Assembly (NCBI GenBank): GCA_963823665.1
Contig: CAWGMQ010000005.1
Location: 1,600,001-1,664,000 of the forward strand
From: an uncultured Planctomycetota bacterium
Lineage (GTDB): Bacteria; Planctomycetota; Planctomycetia; Isosphaerales; Isosphaeraceae
DNA: 64,000 nucleotides
Direction of reading: 5' to 3'
Made by a program: the position numbers and the translations under genes. The notes under the pieces were generated by a model, which saw only the letters and a program-made list of their open reading frames with translations, was not told the DNA's origin and ran no database searches. Numbering within the stretch: position 1 is the stretch's first letter; each line of letters begins with the position of its first letter. This document shows, piece by piece, positions 1 to 10,073 of the stretch.

Positions 1-54
1 AGCGACGCAGAAAGGCTCGCGGGAAGAGCTTCGGCTCTTCCGGTGTCCTTAGCT

Positions 55-2154
55 TTACTTCTTCAACTCCTTCCAGAGAAACGAGAACGCCAGTGCGTCC
101 ATCAAGGCGGCTTGCTTGTTGTCGGCGGCCGCGCCGTGGCCTCCCTCGATGTTCTCGTAGAGCAGGACGTCGTGGCCTTGCTCGCGCATCTTCGCCACCA
201 TTTTCCGGGCGTGTCCGGGGTGGACGCGGTCGTCGCGAGTCGAGGTCGTGAACAGTGTGCGCGGGTAGTGCACGGATTTCTCGACGTTGTGATAGGGCGA
301 GAATGTACGGATATAAGTCCATTCCTCGGGCACGTCGGGGTTGCCGTACTCGCCCATCCAGCTTGCGCCGGCGAGCAGGTGGCTATACCGCTTCATATCG
401 AGCAGCGGAGATCCACAAACGATCGCGCCGAAGAGGTCGGGCCGTCGCGTGAGCATGTTGCCCACGAGCAGGCCGCCGTTGCTCCGGCCCATCGCACCCA
501 GGTGCGGTGGTGAGGTCACCTGGCGGCGAACCAGGTCCTCGGCAACGGCGATGAAGTCCTCGTAAGCCTTGTGACGATTCGCCTTGAGCGCGGCCTGGTG
601 CCACCTGGGACCGAACTCGCCGCCGCCGCGGATATTGGCGAGGACGTACACGCCTCCCTGCTCGAGCCAGGCCACGCCAAAGTTGGGACTATACGAGGGG
701 AGCATCGAGCTCTCAAAACCGCCGTAGCCATTGAGCAAGGTCGGATTCTTGCCGTCCCTGGTCAAGTCTTTGCGGGCGACCTCGAAATAAGGAACGCGGA
801 TGCCGTCTTTCGAGACGGTCTCGTGCTGCGAAATTGCCAGTCCTTTGGAGTCGAAAAACGCGGGGAGCTGCTTGAGCGTCTCGGCGGGACCACGACCGAC
901 AGTGCCAATAGCCAGCGTGCTCGGCGTCAGAAAGTCTGTTGTTCGCAGGAAATAGTCATCGGAATCCTCCGGGTCGACGCCGGACGCGCTCACCTGGCCG
1001 AACTCGGAAATGCCTGGCAACGGCTCGCGCAGCCAGCGGCCGTCCTGGTGCGTCAACACAGTGACACGGCTGCGCACGTTGTCCAGCTCGTTGAGCAGCA
1101 AGTGGTTCCGTGTTGACCTTGTGCCGAATGCTTCAAGTGACTTCCGCTCGGTCGGCTCGAACAGGACGTCGAACTTTCGTGTTCCCTTCAAGTACGCCTC
1201 GAGATCGGTCGCGATCAGGGCGCCGGCGGGATAGGTCTTACCGGCCACCGACCAGTCGGAGCGCAGATGTAACAGGAGCCACTCGCGATGCAGGGACGGC
1301 CAGGCATCTTCGGGCTTCTCGATCTGTATCAGCTTGCCGTCGCGGCGCAGGAAGTACTCAGAGCTGTAGCGGGTCTTCGAGCGGGTGACGAAATCGCGTT
1401 CGAAGCCGGATGTGAGGTCGCGAAAGGCGGAGACGCTCACGTCGCTCGCCTGGCCCTCGAAGACCACGACGGCCTCGGAGAGCGGTGTTCCCCGCTTCCA
1501 CTCCTTGACGATCCGCGGATAGCCCGACTTGGTGAGCGACCCGGAGCCAAAGTCCGTGCCGACGAAGACACTGTCAGACGCTCGCCAACTGATCCGGCTC
1601 TTGGCCTCGGGCAGTTGGTAACCGTCCTTGACGAACGATTTGGTGGAGATGTCAAATTCACGAACCACACTGGCGTCGGCGCCACCACGTGAGAGTGAGA
1701 TCAAGGCGAGCTTGAACTCAGGCCGGAGCACCAAGGCTCCCTTCCAGACCCAGTTCTCCTTCTCCTCTTTGCCAAGGGCGTCCAGATCGAGCACGACCTC
1801 CCAGTTCGGTTTGGCCTTGCGATATTCCTCAAGGGTCGTACGCCGCCAGAGCCCGCGCGGATTCCTGGCATCGCGCCAGAAGTTGTAGTAGTACGGGCCA
1901 AGCTTCTGAATGGCCGGGATCCTCGCTTCCGAGTCGAGGATCTCGAGGATCCGCCGCTGGAGCGACTGGAACCGCTCCGACCTGGTCAGCTCGCTCGTGC
2001 TCTCGCCGTTTCGTTCTTTGACCCAGGCCAGGGCTTTTGCACCAGCGGCATCCTCGAGCCACAAATAGGGATCAAGAGGCTCATCGCCGACTGCCAGGAG
2101 CGGATCGTTCAACGCCGTCAGCGCGACTGCCCAAAACAAGAGCCGCCGAATCAT
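55..2154 (-). CDS. Prolyl oligopeptidase family (S9A) serine peptidase, secreted
   Basis: DPYLWLED N-terminus, beta-propeller-like middle, NIRGGGEFG, GRSNGG nucleophile, DDRVHP and GGHG triad motifs. GAGGAG RBS lies before ATG 2154, followed by a signal peptide. Confidence 0.93.
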   Translation of the reverse strand: MIRRLLFWAVALTALNDPLLAVGDEPLDPYLWLEDAAGAKALAWVKERNGESTSELTRSERFQSLQRRILEILDSEARIPAIQKLGPYYYNFWRDARNPRGLWRRTTLEEYRKAKPNWEVVLDLDALGKEEKENWVWKGALVLRPEFKLALISLSRGGADASVVREFDISTKSFVKDGYQLPEAKSRISWRASDSVFVGTDFGSGSLTKSGYPRIVKEWKRGTPLSEAVVVFEGQASDVSVSAFRDLTSGFERDFVTRSKTRYSSEYFLRRDGKLIQIEKPEDAWPSLHREWLLLHLRSDWSVAGKTYPAGALIATDLEAYLKGTRKFDVLFEPTERKSLEAFGTRSTRNHLLLNELDNVRSRVTVLTHQDGRWLREPLPGISEFGQVSASGVDPEDSDDYFLRTTDFLTPSTLAIGTVGRGPAETLKQLPAFFDSKGLAISQHETVSKDGIRVPYFEVARKDLTRDGKNPTLLNGYGGFESSMLPSYSPNFGVAWLEQGGVYVLANIRGGGEFGPRWHQAALKANRHKAYEDFIAVAEDLVRRQVTSPPHLGAMGRSNGGLLVGNMLTRRPDLFGAIVCGSPLLDMKRYSHLLAGASWMGEYGNPDVPEEWTYIRTFSPYHNVEKSVHYPRTLFTTSTRDDRVHPGHARKMVAKMREQGHDVLLYENIEGGHGAAADNKQAALMDALAFSFLWKELKK

Positions 2155-2219
2155 CGAAGCCTCCTCAGAACTGAGTTCCTTTCGTGCGAATATCGACAAT
2201 CGAGACAATTTCGACCACT

Positions 2220-2735
2220 CTAGCTCATGGCCGGCCCGATCGAAAGGGAGACCGCGCAAAGACCAACGCCGGATCGCTTCAACGCCCACAGCACGCTGCT
2301 TCTCACCGAGCTTTGCCGCTTGCCGCATTTCCTGCCGCGAGCTCTCGCGGCTGCCAGCCCCGCGTACGTCCGCTCGCGGATGAGGTTACGCTCAAACTCC
2401 GCGAGCGCCCCAAAGATGTGAAACACCAGCTTGCCGCCCGGTGTAGTCGTATCAAGGGATTCGGTGACGCTTTGGAATCCGATCCGCTCGGCCTCCAGCT
2501 CGGCCATTAGCTCGATCAAGTGTTTGAGCGACCGTCCCAGCCGGTCGAGCCGCCAGACCGCCAGCACGTTGCTAGATCGGAGCGCATCGTGCAGACGCTC
2601 CAGGCCGGGGCGTTGCACCCTGCCGCCACTTACCGTGTCCTCGATGATCTTCTCGCAGTCGGCCCGCTTCAGGGCGTCACGCTGCAAGTCAAGATTCTGC
2701 TCCGTTGTCGAAACTCTTGCATAGCCGATGATCAT
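2220..2735 (-). pseudogene. Serine recombinase (Pin/Hin-like resolvase), copy 1; catalytic domain intact, C-terminal HTH lost by frameshift/truncation near 2280-2325
   Basis: MIIGYARVSTTEQNLDLQRDAL...VWRLDRLGRS...FGALAEFERNLIRERT. KLGEKQRAV continues in another frame and then similarity ends. Confidence 0.88.
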
Positions 2736-2825
2736 ACCGCACCCCCTTGCCTCTCGAGTTAAGAAGCCCGTCGGAATGTTTGGGAGCGGACTTTTTGCGG
2801 TCAAGCCGCTGAGTCATCGGAACAA

Positions 2826-2849
2826 TAAATAGACCCCAGGTTTGATTGA
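2826..2849 (+). promoter_or_regulatory. hix/res-like recombination site S1 (TAAATAGACCC-CA-GGTTTGATTGA), followed by a ~50-bp conserved arm
   Basis: Imperfect 11-2-11 inverted repeat upstream of the resolvase; homologous to S2-S5. Confidence 0.65.
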
Positions 2850-3119
2850 CGCCCCCTCAGATCGAGGACCGCCGCCCGTTCTTGAGGTCGATCGATGCCT
2901 CGAACTCCTTTCCGTCGTCGCATGGGCCATCGTGCGCGCGCCGTGTCGTCGGATCGACGCGGGTTGGGCAAAAAGTGTGCACTCGGGACACGCCCTCCTG
3001 TGTCGATATGGACTCGTCACATCGGCCGAATTCAGGTAGTGTCAGCGAACGGATCGTCGTCAACAGCGACATCCACTTCGATAAGGACGACCCGCGCAGG
3101 AATGGAATCCGGAAGCAGC

Positions 3120-4547
3120 ATGGGCAAGCGCATCCGAAACTACCGAACAGGCGACCGAGGGGAAGACCTTGGCATCTTCCTGTTGAGAGCGTTCTGCGCC
3201 GTCGCACCAATCCCCAGGCAGGAGGACTTCGGGCTGGCGGATGCCGTGGCCACGCTACTTCGGCCCGAGGGCAGATTTTGGTATGCCGAGGACTCCTTTC
3301 TGGTGCAATTCAAGTCCAGGACCGAGAAGAAGGTGACGCTGGAGGCGCCTGTCTTCGAACGGTGGCTCGCCCAGGATCTCTCGATCCTTGTTGGTCGGGT
3401 GAACCTTATAGAGAAAACCATCGAGTTCTTCACAGTAGGTGCGGCACTCTTCGACCGCCGTGTGCATCAGGCCAGGGGCCTCGTGCTCTGGCTGATAAAC
3501 GGCGAAGAGGGGCTCCACGACGAGGTTTTGCACTTGAGACTGGAAAAGCCGATCCTGAGGTGGTCGGCAGCAGACACCGAGGGCGTTGAATTCACCGACC
3601 GGACGTACGCCGTCCTTAAGCAATGGCTCAAACTGGAGCGATGGAACCGACGGTACTTCCGCGCCGGAGTGGCACGCGAGACCCTGTGGGAGACGAACAA
3701 AATGCCCACGGAAGGTAATGTCGTCCACACTTGGTCCCCTGCGCTCGGACGAGAGGCTCTGGCGGACATTGAACCGCTAGTTCACCTGATCGGCCTGTAC
3801 GCGCGTCATCATCCTGAGCTATGGACTCGGGTACATGCGGTTGAGGATGCCCTTCGGGGCCCGGACGATCCCAGCATGCTCGCGGGAATGCGGTCCTTCC
3901 AGCGCTTAACCGACGCGCCGCCACGTCTGGCAGCGATCGCCAGGAGACACCCGACGGCGGACGCGGTCGTAACGATCCAGATGCTACGCTGCGATGCGGA
4001 GGGTGCAAATTTCTGGATTTACATGTGCGGGCGGGACGGAAGTAGCGTATCGCTACGACACGAGGGGACATGGGCAGAACTGAAGCAGAAGGGTTTTGAC
4101 TACGAAATTAAAGGAGACGTTCCGAGTGCCAAGGTTACGTTGAACCTGAACCGATATTTCGCCAGCGCCCCGATCCCTCATGAGATCGTCGACGGCCCTG
4201 ACGAGACGCTGACCGTGGGTTTATGGGAGCACTCCCCGTGCTTCTTCCTACGTCGCGTCCAGGCGGACGAACCTGTGAGTGGTACAGATTTGATGCCGAC
4301 CGGGTCATCGCAAGAAGGCGCCAGAGCGTCCTCGAAAGCAACCAAGCGGGTCCCGAAAGCGTTGGGCAAGAGCCCGAAGGCGTCCGCTAAACCTGCCGCA
4401 AATGCTCCCAGAGCCGGGGGCGACGACAAGAACAAAACCGTGAAATCGAAGGCCGTAAAACCCGCGATCAAGAAATCAGCAGCCACTAGACTTGCCGCGC
4501 GTGCGGCAAAGGCGACCTCGAAAGGAAAATCCAGCAAGACGGGTTAA
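3120..4547 (+). CDS. PD-(D/E)XK nuclease-like protein (DUF4365-like N-terminus) with Lys/Ala-rich C-terminal tail
   Basis: GDRGE...RQEDFGLADAV...FLVQFKS motif; tail such as KAVKPAIKKSAATRLAARAAKATSKGK. Confidence 0.65.
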   Translation: MGKRIRNYRTGDRGEDLGIFLLRAFCAVAPIPRQEDFGLADAVATLLRPEGRFWYAEDSFLVQFKSRTEKKVTLEAPVFERWLAQDLSILVGRVNLIEKTIEFFTVGAALFDRRVHQARGLVLWLINGEEGLHDEVLHLRLEKPILRWSAADTEGVEFTDRTYAVLKQWLKLERWNRRYFRAGVARETLWETNKMPTEGNVVHTWSPALGREALADIEPLVHLIGLYARHHPELWTRVHAVEDALRGPDDPSMLAGMRSFQRLTDAPPRLAAIARRHPTADAVVTIQMLRCDAEGANFWIYMCGRDGSSVSLRHEGTWAELKQKGFDYEIKGDVPSAKVTLNLNRYFASAPIPHEIVDGPDETLTVGLWEHSPCFFLRRVQADEPVSGTDLMPTGSSQEGARASSKATKRVPKALGKSPKASAKPAANAPRAGGDDKNKTVKSKAVKPAIKKSAATRLAARAAKATSKGKSSKTG

Positions 4548-4799
4548 TTGTCGAATTGGTCTGAAGACTCGGTCGGGACCTGATCAATAGGGCAAGTCCT
4601 TCCGATACACCTGGTACTCGGACGGAATGACCGACGTTCAGTGGATTCGGAAGGCGTACATCGGGGGGTAGGCTGCGGCTTACCAACGGCTGAGCTGACC
4701 GTAGCCGCCATTCTGGTTTCCCGAGCTTCAACGTTCTTGCAGGCAGCAACTGCTGCGCAGCCGAGCGTTTCGGAAGCGCATCGGCCAGATCGACCGATG

Positions 4800-4881
4800 C
4801 GTCTCGCGCCGGCTTCAGTTCATCATGCCGCAAACGGAGACTGTTTTTTCGTCGTCGGGTCCCCCGCGTAGCCGATGATCA
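4800..4881 (-). pseudogene. Degenerate 5' remnant of the same serine resolvase
   Basis: Reverse strand GTGATCATCGGCTACGCG...ACGACG reads VIIGYA..PTT...LRHDELKPA, which aligns to IIGYARIPTTEQSLDLQRDALKRA. Confidence 0.7.
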
Positions 4882-4962
4882 CGCTCCGCAGGCTAGCCGC
4901 CGGAGTAAAGAAACCGGTGAGAGCGGGAATTTTGAGCTGAAGTCGCTAACCGACCGGCATGG

Positions 4963-4986
4963 TAAACAAAACCCAGGTTTGATTAA
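4963..4986 (+). promoter_or_regulatory. hix/res-like site S2 (TAAACAAAACC-CA-GGTTTGATTAA) plus conserved arm to ~5040
   Basis: Close to S1 over ~75 bp (..CCCCTGAGATCGAGCACTGCTGCCCGTTCCTGAAGTCGATCGATG). Confidence 0.7.
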
Positions 4987-5156
4987 CGGCCCCTGAGATC
5001 GAGCACTGCTGCCCGTTCCTGAAGTCGATCGATGACTCGAGCGGCGTTGGGCTCCGCGCCGGGCGCGTGTCGTCGTCGTCGGACCGAAGCTGCGAAGGCA
5101 ACGCGCAGTGGGTACAATGACCAACCTTTAGCGCTCGCAGTCAATTCAGAATTCGA

Positions 5157-5888
5157 GTGACCCCTGTGGCTATCATTCGTGAACCAAACAGCTACCTTCG
5201 CTCGCTCTCGACCGAATTGCAATGCAGGGCTGATAGGATTCGGCACCTGATCGGAGACGCGCATTTCCTCACAGACGGCCATCACAAAGAATATGTACTG
5301 CAGGGCATGATTGAAAACTTTCTTCCCGAGGGTCTTATCTGTGCGCGAGGTTTCGTAGTACGAGATCATGCGCTGTCGTTCATCAGCCTCGAACAAGACT
5401 TGCTTCTCGTGGATGTGCGGCGGTGCGCGCCTCTTTTCTACGAATCCGGCGTCATCGTGACCTTCCCGGAGAACGTCCGGGCGGCAATCTCGGTGAAGAG
5501 TACTCTGTCGGCCAAGACGCTGTTGGATTCGATCAGGGGCCTGAATTCCATTCCTAGGATTGAATCAGAACAACAGCCGTGGCTAGGTGTCTTCGCGTTC
5601 ATTTTAAATAGTGATTGGAGGAAAAACCCCTCTCTTGCAGTGGGATGGGTCAGAAACCGAATGGGTAAGCTGTTCCAACATTGGACAGACGGCGGCATTT
5701 GCTCTAATGGTGAATTGTTCGTACGCATGAACTGTCGCGAGCCGCGTAATGCGCGTGGCTACGCCACAGAATTGTCATCCGCGCTCTTTCTGGCAACCTT
5801 GGTAGATGGGGTTCTAGATCGCGCCGACAGAAGTTCCCGAGGAATTGGTGATCTTATGTCCGGCCTGGAGTTTCCGGAGATCGCGTGA
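5157..5888 (+). CDS. DUF6602-like predicted PD-(D/E)XK nuclease
   Basis: G.HKE.VL..MIENFLP...GFVV...S.EQDLLLVD...PLF...V.AAISVKSTL pattern. Confidence 0.7.
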   Translation: MTPVAIIREPNSYLRSLSTELQCRADRIRHLIGDAHFLTDGHHKEYVLQGMIENFLPEGLICARGFVVRDHALSFISLEQDLLLVDVRRCAPLFYESGVIVTFPENVRAAISVKSTLSAKTLLDSIRGLNSIPRIESEQQPWLGVFAFILNSDWRKNPSLAVGWVRNRMGKLFQHWTDGGICSNGELFVRMNCREPRNARGYATELSSALFLATLVDGVLDRADRSSRGIGDLMSGLEFPEIA

Positions 5889-5892
5889 CAGG

Positions 5893-8800
5893 CTAGGCAT
5901 CATGAACGGCGCGGGTGCCGCCGAAGCAAAACATGACGTTAGCGTGGTCGATCTCGCCTGGAGCGCACCAGCGGTCGCGTTTCTCAACGAGAACGTTTTG
6001 CCGCAACTCTCCAACATCTAGATAAACCCGGCCTCCATATTCTCGGACGGTACCCTGAACCGTCCTCCTGCCGCCCTTTGAGTTTAAGAAGAATGCGCGG
6101 GGGAGCCAGAGCACATTTGACGGGATATGTGACTGGCGCAGTCGGGTAAAAACGCCGGCAGCTGCGTCCCAATCGCCGAGATGCGCGAGGGCAAGCCCTT
6201 GAAGGAAATGAAAGAAGCTCTGTTGCTCAATGGCATCGTTGGTCAGAATCTCGTTGACGATCGACAGGAGTTCCGGCCAATTAATCTCGATGTCGATGGG
6301 CGAGAGCATTGCTCGATGGATTCGCCACCAGTAAAAAACCTCGGCCTGTATCTGAGAGAGCCGCCGGTCAATGTAGCGACCTTCGTCCTTGACTTGCTGG
6401 CGGCATTGGAGGACGTATTGGTATAGCTCGTTGAAATCGCGACCTTTCCCTTTCTCGCGTGCGACTGCGAGCTTTCTGCGGGCGACAACAATAAACCCGT
6501 CCTGGCTGCGGCTGGTCTTCCATACTTCGCTGGCAATCAACTCGGCGTCGGCGCGAGGAAGAGCGGCGTCGTAAATTGCCTCGCGAGCCTCACGTAGCAA
6601 CCCTTCGCTCTTTTTCGATCGTGACCGGACAGCAATAGGTGAGTTATCTAGGATAGCAAGCTTGTCGATCTCGCCGACGGCGTCACACGCGATCTTGAGT
6701 TTGGCTGCTGTAGCGTCTTCGCTGAGCGCGCGAACAAGTTGGAGGCTGATTCCCGCTCCCACGTGGACGGCATGAGCGTCGGCGACCGTTCCTTGTCGGG
6801 ATTTCTCAAGCAACTCTTCTGCCTCGACACGTCCGGCCTCCAAAGTTTTTTCACCTGACTTAATCTGTGTCAGGACCGCTGATGCCATCGACGTATAGAT
6901 GTTCGACTCGGGCTCATTGCGCTCAGTATACGGATAATTTGGTGTCGCCAGTGCGGTCTTATAGAGCCGAAGGGCTTCTGCTGGGTGATTATGCCGATCC
7001 TCCCAGAGTCCCTGGTGATGGACGAGGGCGCGATCCGGTGCTGCCAACGCGTCTATGGCGGCGATGTAAAGATCGCGACCATCGTCGTAGTTCAGTCTTT
7101 CAAGCTTAGGGTTTCCCACTAGCAGCTTGGCGACGAAGTTTCGATAGGTTAGCCCAGATCGCCCAGAGCATGCGCTGATTAGAGAGTGAAGTACGCCGAT
7201 TTCACCAAGACGACCATGCGGACCGCCGTTGATAAGTGTGACGATCGTATCTGTGACGATTTGGTTTCTGCATCGAAGCGAAATGCCGTCATCGCTGTTA
7301 ATCATGTAGAGCACGCCCCAAACTGCGCTGTTTGTCGCGAGTAGATCTTTCGCTTCGCTCCACTCAAACCCAATAGCCGCGCGCAGCAACTCAAACGGAA
7401 GAGCGCAACCGTACATATTTGCAACCGACGTGCAGCGGTACGCTTCCCGAACTCGGTCGGTGCTGATATCGTATTCTCCCTTGATCCTGTTTTTCAGCCC
7501 GTTGATGTCACCGAGACGGCAATACTCGTCTCTAACCGACGAAACGATGATGTGCCTTGTCTGCGGCACCGTGACGTAGAGCGTGTTCAGCACGTCTCTC
7601 GCGTGAGTGAGGTCGGCTCCCTTGAGAAGTTCGCGAGCATTCTGAAGTGAGGATGCGGCCTGGATTGTGCATAGGTATTCGGCCAGGCGGGCAACTTCCT
7701 CCTCACTGAAGTCATCCCCTAGACAGATTTCTGACACAGCAGTTGAATGACCTGTAATTTGGGTCGTGTCAATGGCAGCCCATTCCGATGAGCGGACGGC
7801 GATAATAAGTGTGACGCTGATGCCAAAAGACGCGCAACTGCGAAGGATATGTTGTACTTCTCCTGATCGGGTGTGGAGAGGGTCATCGATCACGACAAAT
7901 GTTTCCCGCGCCTCGGGGAGTTCCGCACGAAAGTCACGGAAGAACTCGTGGAAGACCCGCTCAGGTGTCGAGAGCGGACTGGCTGTTACCCATATGACGG
8001 TCTTGTCGGCTGAAGATAATTCGTAAGCCACGCGCTTGAGCATCGTTGTCTTGCCGTTAGCGGCACTTCCAGTAATAGCCAAGCATGTGTGTGACGCCGG
8101 ATTTTCCCGAGCAAGACGTTTGGCGGTTTCGACCACGTTTGACTCGATATCACGACGAAAATCCAAGTTCATTGAGTAGGCTGCCCACTCGGGCACGGAC
8201 GGCGAAAAAAGTGAGTCGAGGAGCGCCTCTCTGGGAATCTTGTCGACAACTGGTGCGTCAACCGGTTTAACGACGATGCAGATGTCGCGATATCGTTCCA
8301 ACAAGCTTTCATTCTGGGCAACCAGAGGTAACTGCCGAGTCCTGCCGAAGTTCTCCTGAGCGGAGATTCGGCTGACGAGTGCGGAAAGTGAATCCTGAAA
8401 CGCATATGCCGGTATTCGCTTTTCCAACAATCGGAGAAGGGTCCGATTTTGAAGCATCGGGCAGTCTTTCATGAAAACGAGTGAGCTCGGCCGGGTCTTC
8501 GGCGCGGCCAACATGTCGGAGACAAGGTCGAGGAACGCTTCAGCATCACCGTCAACGCCGATACAAATCGCGGGCGATCCAGCGAGCATGTCGCAGAACG
8601 ATTCCAGCGCAATTCGCCACGTCGCGCGAGATGAAAGGTATTCGTCCTCGAAGAGAACAAAGCAATTCTCAGTAAGCGACCCGAGCAGCTTGAACGACGG
8701 CGTGCATCGAGGAGGAACTGGGGCGGTCATGTCGGTGATCGTTGTGAGTGGCTTGCGAGCTGCCTTCTTGTCGATCTCGGTTTGGATTCGAGTTTCCAAA

Positions 8801-9114
8801 TAGGTGTCTAGCGTCAGGCTGAAGATTGACTTCCAATTCGGCTTGGCGAGAGTTGCGAGGTATGGGGATGCCTTTTCCTGCCCGTAGAATTCTCGGATTC
8901 GGTCTCTGGCTGCCGCCTCATCGCCACCTTGCGATCGCAGAAAATCGCCAAGGGTTTTGACGCCAATTACGGCGTCGGGATGGGGATGGTGCAGTTTCTT
9001 CGCTATAGCTCGGTAGAGATCAGCGTGAACAGTCACGCCCGGTCCCGCGATCAATCCGGCGCGGCCGAGTAGGATGTCGGAGATGGACTCTGAATTGACG
9101 GGTTTCACCTGCAT
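5893..9114 (-). CDS. SIR2-like / STAND-type P-loop NTPase / TPR / OB-fold protein (SAMD9/Avs-like architecture)
   Basis: Degenerate SIR2 motifs (LIAGPGVT, IFSLTLD, FKLLGS, CIGVDGD), Walker A GSAANGKTT, Walker B FVVIDD, helical repeats, and a C-terminal beta-rich OB-like segment (VQGTVREYGGRVYLD...VMFCFGGTRA). Confidence 0.72.
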   Translation of the reverse strand: MQVKPVNSESISDILLGRAGLIAGPGVTVHADLYRAIAKKLHHPHPDAVIGVKTLGDFLRSQGGDEAAARDRIREFYGQEKASPYLATLAKPNWKSIFSLTLDTYLETRIQTEIDKKAARKPLTTITDMTAPVPPRCTPSFKLLGSLTENCFVLFEDEYLSSRATWRIALESFCDMLAGSPAICIGVDGDAEAFLDLVSDMLAAPKTRPSSLVFMKDCPMLQNRTLLRLLEKRIPAYAFQDSLSALVSRISAQENFGRTRQLPLVAQNESLLERYRDICIVVKPVDAPVVDKIPREALLDSLFSPSVPEWAAYSMNLDFRRDIESNVVETAKRLARENPASHTCLAITGSAANGKTTMLKRVAYELSSADKTVIWVTASPLSTPERVFHEFFRDFRAELPEARETFVVIDDPLHTRSGEVQHILRSCASFGISVTLIIAVRSSEWAAIDTTQITGHSTAVSEICLGDDFSEEEVARLAEYLCTIQAASSLQNARELLKGADLTHARDVLNTLYVTVPQTRHIIVSSVRDEYCRLGDINGLKNRIKGEYDISTDRVREAYRCTSVANMYGCALPFELLRAAIGFEWSEAKDLLATNSAVWGVLYMINSDDGISLRCRNQIVTDTIVTLINGGPHGRLGEIGVLHSLISACSGRSGLTYRNFVAKLLVGNPKLERLNYDDGRDLYIAAIDALAAPDRALVHHQGLWEDRHNHPAEALRLYKTALATPNYPYTERNEPESNIYTSMASAVLTQIKSGEKTLEAGRVEAEELLEKSRQGTVADAHAVHVGAGISLQLVRALSEDATAAKLKIACDAVGEIDKLAILDNSPIAVRSRSKKSEGLLREAREAIYDAALPRADAELIASEVWKTSRSQDGFIVVARRKLAVAREKGKGRDFNELYQYVLQCRQQVKDEGRYIDRRLSQIQAEVFYWWRIHRAMLSPIDIEINWPELLSIVNEILTNDAIEQQSFFHFLQGLALAHLGDWDAAAGVFTRLRQSHIPSNVLWLPRAFFLNSKGGRRTVQGTVREYGGRVYLDVGELRQNVLVEKRDRWCAPGEIDHANVMFCFGGTRAVHDA

Positions 9115-9317
9115 GTTCTAGCGCCATGAACAAAGGTAGAGGCTGTCGTTGCTGGAGACCTGAATTCTACAGCGAGAGTGGTGCCAGGCGAAATCTTTGG
9201 GGGAGGTAGAATCGCCTTTCGCGCGCTTTGGTGGGATCGACCGAACCATCGGAAGGACTTTTCGACCGGCACCCGGCGAGGCGCACATTTGCCGCACCAG
9301 ACGCGCCGGATCGGTCG

Positions 9318-9877
9318 TCAAATCTGGCCAGGCTGCGCCGCGACATACTTGTAAAGCGTCGGCCTTGAGGTGCCGACCGCTTTGCAAATCTCGTCAATCG
9401 TGTGTTTCTTTTGCCGGTACACATTGACCGCCACGGCACGCTGCTTGTCTCCAAGCTTTTTTCGCCTACCGCCTTTCTTACCGCGTGCTCTCGCGGCCGC
9501 CACCCCCGCGTAGGTCCGTTCGCGGATCAGGTTACGCTCAAACTCCGCGAGCGCCCCAAAGATGTGAAACACCAGCTTGCCACTCGGAGTCGTGGTATCG
9601 ACGGATTCAGTGACGCTGTGGAACCCGATCCCCTGGCACTCCAACTCGCCCATAAGATCGATCAGGTGTTTGAGCGTTCGGCCCAACCGGTCGAGCTGCC
9701 AGACGGCCAGCACGTCGCCAGGTCGGGGCATATCCTGCACCCTCTCTAGGCCGGAGCGGTGCAGGTTGCCACCGGCCGTGTCCTCGATGAACTCCTCACA
9801 CACCGCCCGCTTCAGGGCATCACGCTGCAAGTCAAGACTCTGCTCGGTCGTCGGGATCCTCGCGTAGCGATGATCAC
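9318..9877 (-). pseudogene. Serine resolvase copy 2; full length with HTH, but has a 5' frameshift and catalytic Ser->Pro (YARIPT)
   Basis: Highly similar to copy 1; ends TIDEICKAVGTSRPTLYKYV (Hin-type HTH). Confidence 0.88.
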
Positions 9878-9968
9878 CGTACACCCCCTTGCCGCTAGAG
9901 TAGTGAAACCCCGTGGCAGCGCAAGCCAATGGGATTTAAGGTATCAAGACGCTAGGCCACCGCAGTAG

Positions 9969-10073
9969 TAAAGAGAACGAAGAGGGTTGTATGGGGAAGT
10001 GACCAGAGTGACCGTCGCCATCCCCACCCGCTGTCGTGGGCACTTTCCCATACAACCCTCTTCGTTTGATTGC
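9969..10073 (+). promoter_or_regulatory. hix/res-like site S3 split by an 83-bp hairpin insertion
   Basis: Left arm TAAAGAGAACG (9969-9979), right arm CGTTTGATTGC (10063-10073). The downstream TCGATC lies at the same spacing as in S1. Confidence 0.55.
9980..10062. mobile_element. Small MITE-like hairpin element
   Basis: Terminal inverted repeats AAGAGGGTTGTATGGGGAAGTG / CACTTTCCCATACAACCCTCTT (one mismatch). Confidence 0.55.

Noticed and set aside
2155..2328. N-terminal extension fusing the resolvase tail to the peptidase
   Set aside because: Chance in-frame read-through; the peptidase has its own RBS and signal peptide at 2154.
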